Origin: Octopus sinensis
Lineage: Eukaryota
Assembly (NCBI RefSeq): GCF_006345805.1
Contig: NW_021835519.1
Span: forward strand, 1-39,919
Reading direction: 5' to 3'
DNA length: 39,919 nt
In this document: piece after piece, positions 11,061 through 23,029 of the stretch
Layout of the letters: each line of letters begins with the position of its first letter
Position numbering within the stretch: the stretch's first letter is position 1
Program-made: the position numbers and the translations under genes
The notes under the pieces: generated by a model
The model's input: the letters and a program-made list of their open reading frames with translations, nothing else
The model's database searches: none
Told to the model about the DNA's origin: nothing

Positions 11061-11325
11061 ACTCCGCATCAGTACTTCCATTCCATTTAGTATCTCTGTC
11101 TTATAACATTTAAATAGTCCCTCCTCCCACTTTTACTATGTAACACTGATGAAATTTTTCCAAATAACAATGAAACAATAGCTGTCTACATCATCTTAGT
11201 CTCACATTTGAGATGTGTATTATTTATGAAGAGTGTATATATACATGCATATGAGCACACACACACATCAACATGTACATGGGCAAGTAAAAGTACATGT
11301 ATTGAACACAAAATGCACTTGCACA

Positions 11326-11365
<40 letters not shown>

Positions 11366-12433
11366 ATTTATATTTATGTATTATATATTCATATTTATAT
11401 GTATATGTATGTATATATATATATATATATAGATAATGTGTGTGTGGTGTGTTAGTATATATATATATATATATATATATAAATATATACACATATATAA
11501 AACAATATATATATAATAATATATATATATTCAACCATATATATATATATATGAATGTCCAAACACACATACGTATGTGTGTTTGTGTGTGCATATATGT
11601 ATGCACATGTGTGTATATATGTTTGTGTATGGGTATACATATAAGTGTGTGTGTATATATATATATATGGTGCTATTAAGTTAGACATGGCCTGGGCCAA
11701 TAATGGCCGAAACCTATCAAAGTATCAAAGTATATATATATATACATATATATACATATATAGACATATATAGTCACATACATATATATATATACATATA
11801 CATATACATATATACATATATATATACATACATACACACAGACACACACACATGTGTGTGTTGTCATGCTAACAATGACATTGATGATTACGTGTGTGTG
11901 TGTGTGTGTGCACGCACACGTATATACTATTTATTATTTAATAAATCTAGAATTACCCAGACATCCTAACTTGAAACAGATGACCTCATTCCCCACCATA
12001 TTTCTTTTTCTTTTTGCGTTCATTCCAATATTTGTTATTACCATTTCGTTATTTATTCCATTCCATTCATATTCCTCAGATCACATGATAGTCAGACTCC
12101 AAGACTAAGTTACGCTGGTTAATCTTGTGCCGGAATTACTAAATTGGACATCAGAAACCTTGATATATTTCATGTCTGAATGCAAGATGAAGCAATCGGA
12201 ATTGATGTGTGGTTCGTCTTGGTAAGTCTGGCCTGGATAAAGTTTGACCCGGGGCTAAACAAGGCTATCAATGACATCGATGATAACAATGGACGGAAAA
12301 TCAATACAAAACAAAGATAATGCAGCTTCCTTTGTTTCTCGTCAGATGATAATGTAGAAAGGGCAGCCATTACGTATCTCGGATTACACTTGCAAAGTTT
12401 CCGTTTTTTTAATATAAAGTTGTGTAAAAGATA

Positions 12434-15400
12434 GGATGGTCACAGATGGAACGTCTTTCATCATTGGTTTGTCTGGATTGGATGGTCACAGATGGAGCAG
12501 CTTTCATCGTTGGTTTGTCTGGATTGGATGGTCACAGATGGAACGTCTTTCATCTTTGGTTTGTCTGGATTGGATGGTCACAGATGGAACGTCTTTCATC
12601 ATTGGTTTGTCTGGATTGGATGGTCACAGATGGAACGTCTTTCATCATTGTTTGTCTGGAGTGTTGGATGGTCAGATGGAACGTCTTTCATCTTGGTTTG
12701 TTGGATTGGATGGTCACAGATGGAACGTCTTCATCATTGGTTGTCTGGATTGGATGGTCACAGATGGAACGTCTTTCATCATTGGTTCGTCTGGATTGGA
12801 TGGTCATAGATGGAACGTCTTCATCATTGGTTTGTCTGGATTGGATGGTCATAGATGGAACGTCTTTCATCATGGTTTGTCTGGATTGGATGGTCACAGC
12901 TGGAACGTCTTTCATCGTTGGTTGTCTGGATTGGATGGTCACAGATGGAACGTCTTTCATCATTGGTTTGTCTGGATTGGATGGTCACAGATGGAACGTC
13001 TTCATCATTGGTTTGTTGGATTGGATGGTCACAGATGGACGTCTTTATCATTGGTTTGTCTGGATGGATGGTCACGATGTGGACGTCTTTCATCGTTGGT
13101 TTGTCTGGATTGGATGGTCACAGATGGAACGTCTTTCATCATTGGTTTGTCTGGATTGGATGGTCACAGATGGAACGTCTTTAATCATTGGTTTGTCTGG
13201 ATTGGATGGTCATAGATGGAACGTCTTTCATCATTGTTGTCTGGATTGGATGGTCATAGATGGAACGTCTTCATCTTGGTTTGTCTGGATGGATGGATGG
13301 TACAGATGGAACGTCTTTCATCGTTGGTTTGTCTGGATTGGATGGTCACAGAGAACGTCTTTCATCATTGGTTGTCTGGATTGGATGGTCACAGATGGAA
13401 CGTCTTTCATCATTGGTTTGTCTGGATTGGATGTTCGCAGATGGAACGTCTTTCATCGTTGGTTTGTCTGGATTGGGGTCACAGATGGAACGTCTTTCAT
13501 CATTGGTTTGTCTGGATTGGGGTCACAGATGGAAGTCTTTCATCATTGGTGTCTGGATTGGATGGTCATAGATGGAACGTCTTTCATCATGGTTTGACAA
13601 GATTGGATGGTCACAGATGGAACGTCTTTCATCATTGGTTTGTCTGGATTGGATGGTCACAGATGGACGTCTTTCATCATTGGTTGACAAGATTGGATGG
13701 TCACAGATGAACGTCTTTCATCATTGGTTTGTCTGGATTGGATGGTCACAGATGGAACGCTTTCATCATTGGTTTGACAAGATGGATGGTCTCACAGATG
13801 GAACGTCTTTCATCATTGGTTGTTCTGGATTGGATGGTCACAGATGGAACGTCTTCATCATTGGTTTGACAAGATTGGATGGTCACAGATGGAACGTCTT
13901 TCATCATTGGTTGTCTGGATGGATGGTCACAGATGGAACGTCTTTCATCATGGTTTGACAAGATTGGATGGTCACATGGGAACGTCTTCATCATTGGTTT
14001 GTCTGGATTGGATGGTCACAGATGGAACGTCTTTCATCATTGGTTTGACAAGATTGGATGGTCACAGATGGAACGTCTTTCATCATTGGTTTGTCTGGAT
14101 TGGATGGTCATAGATGGAACGTCTTTCATCATTGGTTTGTCTGGATTGGATGGTCACAGATGGAACGTCTTTCATCGTTGGTTTGTCTGGATTGGATGGT
14201 CACAGATGGAACGTCTTTCATCATTGGTTTGTCTGGATTGGATGGTCACAGATGGAACGTCTTTCATCGTTGGTTTGTCTGGATTGGATGGTCACAGATG
14301 GAACGTCTTTCATCATTGGTTTGTCTGGATTGGATGGTCACAGATGGAACGTCTTTCATCATTGGTTTGTCTGGATTGGATGTCACAGATGGAGCAGCTT
14401 TCATCATCATTGGTTTGTCTGGATTGGATGGTCACAGATGAACGTCTTTCATCATTGGTTTGACAAGATTGGATGGTCACAGATGGAACGTCTTTCATCA
14501 TTGGTTTGTCTGGATTGGATGGTCACAGATGGAACGTTTTTCATCATTGGTTTGACTGGATTGGATGGTCACAGATGGAGCAGCTTTCATCACTGGTTTG
14601 TCTGGATTGGATGGTCACAGATGGAACGTCTTTCATCATTGGTTTGACAAGATTGGATGGTCACAGATGGAACGTCTTTCATCATTGGTTTGTCTGGATT
14701 GGATGGTCACAGATGGAACGTCTTTCATCATTGGTTTGACTGGATTGGATGGTCACAGATGGAGCAGCTTTCATCATTGGTTTGTCTGGATTGGATGGTC
14801 ACAGATGGAACGTCTTTCATCATTGGTTTGACAAGATTGGATGGTCACAGATGGAACGTCTTTCATCATTGGTTTGTCTGGATTGGATGGTCACAGATGG
14901 AACGTCTTTCATCATTGGTTTGACAAGATTGGATGGTCACAGATGGAACGTCTTTCATCATTGGTTTGTCTGGATTGGATGGTCACAGATGGAACGTCTT
15001 TCATCATTGGTTTGTCTGGATTGGATGGTCACAGATGGAACGTCTTTCATCATTGGTTTGTCTGGATGGATGCTCACAGATGGAACGTCTTTCATCATTG
15101 GTTTTGTCTGATTGGATGGTCACAGATGGAACGTCTTTCATCATCATTGGTTTGTCTGGATTGGATGGTCATAGATGGAACGCCTTTCATCATTGGTTTG
15201 ACAAGATTGGATGGTCACAGATGGAACGTCTTTCATCATTGGTTTGTCTGGATTGGATGGTCACAGATGGAACGTCTTTCATCATTGGTTTGACTGGATT
15301 GGATGGTCACAGATGGAGCACTTTCATCATTTGTTTGTCTGGATTGGATGGTCACAGATGAACGTCTTTCATCATTGGTTTGACAAGATTGGATGGTCAC

Positions 15401-16676
15401 AGATGGAACGTCTTTCATCATTGGTTTGTCTGGATGGATGCTCACAGATGGAACGTCTTTCATCATTGGTTTGACTGGATTGGATGGTCACAGAGGAACG
15501 TCTTTCATCATTGGTTTGTCTTGATTGGATGGTCACAGATGGAACGTCTTTCATCATTGGTTTGACAGGATTGGATGGTCACAGATGGAACGTCTTTCAT
15601 CATTGGTTTGTCTGGATTGGATGGTCACAGATGGAACGTCTTTCATCATTGGTTTGTCTGGATTGGATGGTCACAGATGGAACGTCTTTCATCATTGGTT
15701 TGTCTGGATTGGATGCTCACAGATGGAACGTCTTTCATCATTGGTTTGTCTGGATTGGATGGTCACAGATGGAACGTTTTTCATCATTGGTTTGTCTGGA
15801 TTGGATGGTCATAGATGGAACGTCTTTCATTATTGGTTTGACTGGATTGGATGGTCACAGATGGAACGTCTTTCATCATTGGTTTGTCTGGATTGGATGG
15901 TCACAGATGGAACGTCTTTCATCATTGGTTTGACTGGATTGGATGGTCACAGATGGAACGTCTTTCATCATTGGTTTGTCTGGATTGGATGGTCACAGAT
16001 GGAACGTCTTTCATCATTGGTTTGTCTGGATTGGATGGTCACAGATGGAACAGCTTTCATCATTGGTTTGTCTGGATTGGATGGTCACAGATGGAACGTC
16101 TTTCATCATTGGTTTGTCTGGATTGGATGCTCACAGATGGAACGTCTTTCATCATTGGTTTGTCTGGATTGGATGGTCACAGATGGAACGTCTTTCATCA
16201 TTGGTTTGTCTGGATTGGATGGTCACAGATGGAACGTCTTTCACCATTGGTTTGTCTGGATTGGATGGTCATAGATGGAACGTCTTTCATCATTGGTTTG
16301 TCTGGATTGGATGGTCACAGATGGAACAGCTTTCATTATTGGTTTGTCTGGATTGGATGGTCACAGATGGAACGTCTTTCATTATTGGTTTGTCTGGATT
16401 GGATGGTCACAGATGGAACGTCTTTCATCATTGGTTTGTCTGGATTGGATGGTCACAGATGGAGCAGCTTTCATCATTGGTTTGTCTGGATTGGATGGTC
16501 ACAGATGGAGCAGCTTTCATCATTGGTTTGTCTGGATTGGATGGTCATAGATGGAACAGCTTTCATCATTGGTTTGTCTGGATTGGATGGTCACAGATGG
16601 AACGTCTTTCATCATTGGTTTGTCTGGATTGGATGGTCACTGATGGAATGTCTTTCATCATTTGTTTGTTTGGATT
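12434..16676. repeat. 46-bp tandem satellite, about 92 copies (GGATGGTCACAGATGGAACGTCTTTCATCATTGGTTTGTCTGGATT)
   Basis: Unit read directly; 4243 bp / 46 is about 92. Recurrent variants GACAAG, GACTGG and GGAGCAGC. No unique spacers. Confidence 0.97.
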
Positions 16677-17345
16677 GGATCCGTCCTGAGGCTAGAAAAC
16701 AATAACAAAGAACACATTAGAAAGATTAAATGAAAGACTGGATGGTCACTGATGGAACGTCTTTGATCATTGGTCTGTCTGTATCAGGTCTGACCTGAGG
16801 CTAAAAAGCAACTAGAAAGGACACATAGATAATGTAGTCCTAGATACATTACCTCTGAATGAAAGACTGGATGGTCACAGATGGAACATCTCTGATCATA
16901 GATATGCCTGGATCAGGTCTGACCTGGGGCTAAAGAAAAATAACACAGAGGGACACATTAAATAATGTCATTCCTGATATGTCACACCTGAATGAAAGGC
17001 TGGTTGGTCACAGCTGGAACATCTTTGATCATAAGCCTGCTAGATCAGGACTGATCTGGGGCTAAACAATGAGAATAATAATAATGAACACATTAGACAA
17101 TTTTGTCCAAGGTACACTTTGTCAAAATAAAATACTAATCAGTCACAGGTGGGACATCTTTAATTGTAGGTTCTCTCTGGATCAGGACTGACCTGAGGCC
17201 AAGCAATAACAAGAAAGATGGACACATTAGATAATGTAGTCCTTGGTACACAATGTCGATATAGAGACAAGATGGTTGTGTCTAGAATATTTTTGATTAT
17301 CTATCTACATGGACAGGACTGGCCTGGTGTTAAACAGCAACAATT
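16677..17345 (+). repeat. Diverged tandem of about 130-bp units that contain the 46-bp monomer
   Basis: Units start at about 16733, 16861, 16994 and 17135. Each is monomer-like sequence plus tcaggtctgacctg(a/g)ggctaa plus gacacattagataatgt. Confidence 0.8.
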
Positions 17346-17964
17346 TCAAATACAGTCTACTTCACACAACTTTGCTTTGTCAGCTGAGTTGAAGCCAAAA
17401 ACTTTTGATTTTGTTCCAAGACTAAAATAAAAGACCTGAAATGCTAAATACCTGCAGGCATGTTTCTAAATATTTACTTTGCAATTTTCTTCCCTTTTTT
17501 TCTTTTCTAATCACTAATTCCTTTGATCTCCGTTCGGAAACCAGACTCTTTGTCAGTAGATTTTGATCTTCCCTTGACTTCTAGCATTGTACAATTTTAA
17601 TAGGTTTTGTATTTTTCTGTCCCCCTCCCCCACCCCCCCCCACCCGCTTCACATCTTTGGGTTATTTTTCTTTCCACCAATTAGTTAACCTGCACACCCA
17701 CATTTGATCAGGTACCAAATTCTAAACATATTTTATCATCACCAATTAATGTCAACATTTCCATATTTGCATGAGCCAGACGAAGTTTATTGAAGCAGAT
17801 TTTCTATGACTGGGTGCCCTTCCTGTTGCCAACACTCACCTGTTTTTAAGTAAAAGTAATATTTCCCCCCCATGGCCGGACTTGAATTTCATGGAAGATT
17901 GGAAATGCACAACACTTTGTATAACAGTAATGTGTGTTTACAACCATCACATGATGCCGAGACA

Positions 17965-18355
17965 AATGCATGCACACACACACACACTCACACATGCACA
18001 GACGTGCTTTCACACACATGCACACACATATACACACACACTCTCACATGCACTCGTGGATTCACATGCATGCACATGCACACAAACACACATATGCTCA
18101 CATACACACACTCACACATACATGGACTTACACACATGCACACACACATACACACACACAAACACATGCTCACACACTCACATGCACATGCACACAAGTG
18201 AACACACACACACACACATATATCTGCATGCACTCACATACACACATGTACACATGCACACTCACACATACACACATTTACACACACCTACACACTCCTA
18301 CATACACTCACTCACACACAGTCATACACACATACACACCTACACACAAATACAT
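17965..18355. repeat. Degenerate (CA)n microsatellite
   Basis: Read directly from the sequence. Confidence 0.9.
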
Positions 18356-18545
18356 ACGACAGGCTTCTTTCAGTTTCCACCTGCCAAATCCACCCTCAAG
18401 GCTTTGATCAGCTGAGGGTTATAATAGAAGACACTTGCCCAAGACACCAGAAATTAAAGCAGAACCCAAGACCCTCACATTCTCCAATGGGATTGAACCC
18501 ACAACCACATGGTTGGGAACAAAGCTTCTCGGCCACAACACCCAC
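18355..18545 (-). mobile_element. SINE family A 5' half
   Basis: ggcttctttcagtttcc...agacacttgcccaag...gggattgaaccc...ccacatggttgg. Confidence 0.8.
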
Positions 18546-18718
18546 ACTTTTACCTATGGCCAAACCTCTTCCCACATTTTCAAATATTCCTTTAAAATAT
18601 TTTCCGTTTCTTCCTTCCATTTTATCCTTTTGATTTCCTTTTGATTTTATAGATAAATAGATAGACAAATATTTAGATAGATAGATAGATAGACAGACAG
18701 ATAGGTAGATAGATAGAC

Positions 18719-18819
<101 letters not shown>

Positions 18820-18827
18820 TGCAGATA

Positions 18828-18872
<45 letters not shown>

Positions 18873-18946
18873 ATATAAGAATTTTTTGCGTAATGAGATA
18901 AAAAAACCCAAGACTGTGTAGTTATTAGAACATTTATAGATAGAAG

Positions 18947-18998
18947 GTCTTACAGCTGTTTCTAGGATATTTATTAATTATATCGCTTCATCAGAGAC
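18947..18998 (-). ncRNA. Type-I hammerhead motif with an imperfect helix II
   Basis: Minus strand: GTCT-CTGATGA-agcGATAT...ATATCcta-GAAA-CAGCTG-TA-AGAC. Palindromic helix III ACAGCTGT and GUA triplet. The base of helix II is mismatched. Confidence 0.65.
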
Positions 18999-19364
18999 GG
19001 TGTGAGAGGATGATTAAGTATTAATTAATTAAGATGGGATACAAAATAGAGAGTGAGGTGGAGGAAAGAAAGAAATGTGAGATATGTATATATATACATA
19101 GAGAGAGAGAGAAAGAGAGGCAATTATGCAGATATATAGGATTTGATATAGTTTCATCTCGTGAGCTGTGGTCATGCTGCAGCACCACCATTTAGCTTCA
19201 GTTTGAAGTAATCATTTTTAAACACAAACAAAAGAATGAAAAATGATGAGTTTTCTCTCAGTAACTTACAAAGCCTTACGGGTTTGTTTACAAATATCAT
19301 ATGTTATATATATATATGTATATATATATACTCAAAAATAAGCAACAAGAATGAATCTGGTAAT

Positions 19365-19450
19365 TTAGTACAATTGTTTCATACTACAACATTTTATTAA
19401 AAGCTGTAAATATTACAGCAGATTTAAGATGTCGAGTAATCTTCAGCTAA
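19365..19450 (-). ncRNA. Type-I hammerhead-like motif with an extended helix II
   Basis: Minus strand: TTAG-CTGAAGA-tTAC...GTAt-GAAA-CAATTG-TA-CTAA. Palindromic helix III ACAATTGT. The first helix II pair is U-U. Confidence 0.6.
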
Positions 19451-19760
19451 TTTTATATAGGTTTTCCAATAATAGAAAAGCTTTCAAATCAATTAATAAC
19501 ATTTTAGGGAAGGTAAAATATACAGATAAAGATGTAGATATGAATCTCAGGAACATGAGGTAAGAAAATTTCCTTAGTTATAACTAAGGAAATTTTCTTA
19601 CAACAGTCAGTTGTGAACAAGGTTTCGGTCAGTTGGCATCCTAACTACACTACCTCATGTTCCTGAGATTCATATCTACATCTTTATCTGTATATTTTAC
19701 CTTCCCTAAGATGTTATTAATTGATCTGAGAACTTTATATTATTGGAAAACCTACATAAA

Positions 19761-19843
19761 TTAGCTGAAGATTACTTGACATCTTAAATCTGCTGTAATA
19801 TTTACAGCTTTTAATAAAATGTAGTATGAAACAATTGTACCAA
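19761..19843 (+). ncRNA. Type-I hammerhead-like motif with an extended helix II
   Basis: TTAG-CTGAAGA(19765-19771)-tTAC...GCTGTAA-tat-TTACAGC...GTAt-GAAA(19828-19831)-CAATTG-TA-CCAA. One mismatch in helix I. Confidence 0.55.
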
Positions 19844-20005
19844 ATCAGCGGAGTCATTCTTGTTGCTTATTTTTTTATTATAATCACCCCACATATTTTT
19901 ATGGGTAACACCATACAAAATTCTGGTGCATCTAAATTAAGTACCATATTCCTTTGAATCTAAATTGTTACTGAACTTATATATATATATATATATACAT
20001 ATATA

Positions 20006-20257
20006 TTGGTTTGGTGCATAATTATTGCGGCTTTTTTTCAACAAATTTTATTCAACAAAAACAATAACAACATGTAACAAACACATCTTTAAGTGATTAT
20101 TCCGGAGCAAATTCACAATCCTCTTCAATTACTGTTTCCAATTTGCTTGGCAGACGGTCGGAATAATCATTTAAAGATGTTTTTGTTAAATGTTATTCTT
20201 GTTTTTGTTGAATAAAATTTGTTACAAAATAGCTGCAATAATTCTGCACCAACCCAA
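20006..20257. mobile_element. Tc1/mariner-type MITE with about 100-bp palindromic arms
   Basis: TA|TTGGTTTGGTGCATAATTATTGCGGC ... GCTGCAATAATTCTGCACCAACCCAA. Arms 20006-20103 and 20159-20257. Inserted in (TA)n. Confidence 0.8.
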
Positions 20258-20310
20258 CATATATATGTGTGTGTGTGTGTGTATATATATAGATATATAT
20301 GTCTATATAT

Positions 20311-20376
<66 letters not shown>

Positions 20377-20383
20377 GTGTGTG

Positions 20384-21004
20384 AAAGTAAATAAATGGCA
20401 CAACGAAGCACCAATATTTACTGGAAAATAGCAAAGTAATAAATACGACGCTAATGTATAGCTTCACTGCGTATGTACTAGTAAAGACGCATGTATGCAA
20501 CAAACATGAAAAAAATTGTCTTACCTCTATCCTTTACTGGAAAGCAATACTCTCGTATTGCATTACTATTTTCATTGGAACTTCTTCACTGTTCTCGTTC
20601 TGTTAACGTTTTGGCGTTCAGACGAGTGTACTGGCATAGATGTGGCTACATTTGAAATATTGTCGAGGTATATGCAGCTGATGAAGATAAATCAAATCTA
20701 CGTTGTCAAACGTATTTGAAGAGTCTGAAACCGGTCCTGCATTATCCGTTTCTAGGTTTTTCATTTTTCAGATATTCTTCCTAGAGGTAAGACAAATTTT
20801 TTTCATGTTTGTTGCACACACGCGTCTTTGCTAGTATATACTCAGTGAAGCTATACATTAGCATCGTATTTATTACGTTCGGTATTTTCCAGTAAATATC
20901 GGTACTTCGTTGTGCCATTTATTTACTTTTATATGCATAATTTTACCCTCACAGGCTATCCTTTACTGGAGAGCAATTCTCTCGTATTGCATTACTATTT
21001 TCAT
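20384..21004. mobile_element. PLE-like element: inverted arms around a hammerhead-bearing core, plus a partial direct repeat
   Basis: 20384-20529 is inverted at 20782-20929. 20528-20575 is repeated directly at 20957-21004. A hammerhead lies in the loop. Confidence 0.75.
20672..20742 (+). ncRNA. Type-I hammerhead ribozyme, canonical core
   Basis: ATGCAG-CTGATGA-AGAT..TCAAA.c.TACGTT-gtca-AACGTA-TTTGA..GTCT-GAAA-CCGG-TC-CTGCAT. 6-bp helix I, long helix II, palindromic helix III ACCGGT, GUC cleavage after C20736. Confidence 0.9.
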
Positions 21005-21038
<34 letters not shown>

Positions 21039-21111
21039 CTATATTTGTTCCACGTCCTCGAGTTGTTGTGTTTTCTCTTTGTGTTTTCATGTTTGGATTA
21101 ACTATATATAT

Positions 21112-21184
<73 letters not shown>

Positions 21185-21316
21185 TATAACAATAAGGGTT
21201 TGCAACAATTTGCATGACCACATACCAAAAATTTTAGAAATAGCAGCCAAAGGACTACTATTTCCTTTTTCTACAAAAATATGTCTCCACAGACAATATA
21301 TATATAAATATATATA

Positions 21317-21349
<33 letters not shown>

Positions 21350-21403
21350 ATATATATATAAATGTTTCTAACCACTTTTTTCCATTTACTTTTGTCACTT
21401 CAG

Positions 21404-21471
21404 AAGGCCCCTTGATAATAAAAGCTGACATCTTGATTAGATCCATGGGTCCTGTATCTGAAAGAGATATG
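21404..21471 (+). CDS. GABA-A-type subunit exon (QGPLIIKADILIRSMGPVSERDM)
   Basis: ttttgtcacttcag| acceptor and |gtaagt donor. 68 nt, the conserved GABA-A exon size. Splices in frame with the previous exon (C+AA = Gln). RSMGPVSE motif. Confidence 0.95.
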
Positions 21472-21868
21472 GTAAGTCAACAATCATCATAATTTACTCT
21501 AAATGAATTAATTGTTTCACATTTGTTTTATCCTGATGTCTTTCATCTGAATAAATTATGTTAATTTCTTGTCTGTCTGTCTGTCTTTCTGGACTTGCAT
21601 TTCTTGTAACAACCTGTTTCACACTGAGTCTGTCTGAGAATCATTTTAAGGACACACACACGTGACTGTGGTGTACTCAACCACTTAGAAGTCCATTCAA
21701 GGGCAGATAATCAGGTTGATAGTGTAGGGAATTAGTGCACCCCTCCCACGTGACAAGTGGGATGAGGCAGCTGCTATAAGTAAGGTGACATTGGCTCACA
21801 TTGGAGACTATGTGGAAAAGATAGAGTACATGGAATATATGAGAGTACATACATAGAGTACATGGAAT

Positions 21869-22468
21869 ATAGGCGCAAGAGTGGCTGTGTGGTAATTAGC
21901 TTGCTTACCAACCACATGGTTCTAGGTTCAGTCCCACTGCATGGCACCTTGGGCAAGTGTCTTCTACTATAGCCCCGGGCCGACCAAAGCCTTGTGAGTG
22001 GATTTGGTAGACGGAAACTGAAAGAAGCCTGCCGTATATATGTATATATATATTAGGCATAGGAGTGGCTGTGTGGTAAGTAGCTTGCTTACCAACCACA
22101 TGGTTCCTGGTTCAGTCCCACTGCGTGGCATCTTGGGCAAGTGTCTTCTACTATAGCCTCGGACCGACCAAAGCCTTGTGAGTGGATTTGGTAGACGGAA
22201 ACTGAAAGAAGCCCATCATATACATTTATGTGTGTGTGGTGTGTGTGTATATGTTTGTGTGTCTGTGTTTGTCTCCCCAACATCGCTTGACAACCGATGC
22301 TGATGTGTTTACGTCCCTGTAACTTAGCAGTTCGGCAAAAAAGAGACCGATAGAATAAGTCCTAGGCTTACAAAGAATAACTCCTGGGGGTCGATTTGCT
22401 TGATTAAAGGCGGTGCTCCAGCATGGCCACAGTCAAATGACTGAAACAAGTAAAAGAGAAAAAGAGAG
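21869..22468 (+). mobile_element. SINE family A tandem: 5' half (21869-22040) followed by a full copy (22054-22468)
   Basis: Two consecutive heads (aggcg/aggca..aggagtggctgtgtggtaa) and a single tail. Confidence 0.9.
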
Positions 22469-22579
22469 AGTACATAGCGTACAAGTAGACTGTGTTGATA
22501 GTCATGTCTGTATTGATCTAGTAATTATGCTACAATACTGAGTGGACGTTATAATAATCCAACCTTTGAGGATAATATA

Positions 22580-22802
22580 TTTCTTTATTGCCCACAAGGG
22601 GCTAAACACTGAGGGGACAAACGAGGACAGACAAACGGTTTAAGTCGATTACATCGACTCCAGTGCGTAACTGGTACTTAATTTATCAACACCGAAAGGA
22701 TGAAAGGCAAAGTCGACCTCGGCGGAATTTGAACTCAGAACGCAGCGGTGGACGAAATACAGCAAAGCATTTCGCCCGGCGTGCTAATGATTCTGCCAGC
22801 TT
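22580..22802 (-). mobile_element. tRNA-derived SINE family B
   Basis: Reverse complement of 24461-24680 (ggaatttgaactcagaac, gctaatgattctgccagc). Confidence 0.88.
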
Positions 22803-23029
22803 GTGTATGACTGGGGGGGGGGTCATACGGTATCAGATAGAAACATCCTAATGACAACGTCAGCAGATAATAGTATTCTGTCAGAGGGAAAACTGTCTTA
22901 CAAGAACAGGGAATAACGGTTGATCAAACCCCTGAATCCTCGTTGTGGAAACCGAGGTACATCCCCCCCACACACATAACACATATATCCCCATCGGGTA
23001 TTGTATGTTTTTACAGTACATTGGTCCCC

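Larger units (their letters stand above)
19334..19874. mobile_element. Fold-back element (about 225-bp arms) with an internal perfect 40-bp palindrome, PLE-like
   Basis: 19334-19562 is inverted at 19651-19874. 19561-19600 is a perfect palindrome. Each arm has a hammerhead-like core. Confidence 0.75.

Noticed and set aside
12434-16676. CRISPR-like array
   Set aside because: The units are contiguous with no unique spacers, there are no cas genes, and the context is eukaryotic.
12434-16705. Many long ORFs (up to 383 aa) with a repeating 46-aa peptide
   Set aside because: An artefact of a stop-free 46-bp monomer cycling through the three frames. Frequent indels shift frames freely, there are no splice signals or domain similarity, and it lies inside an intron.
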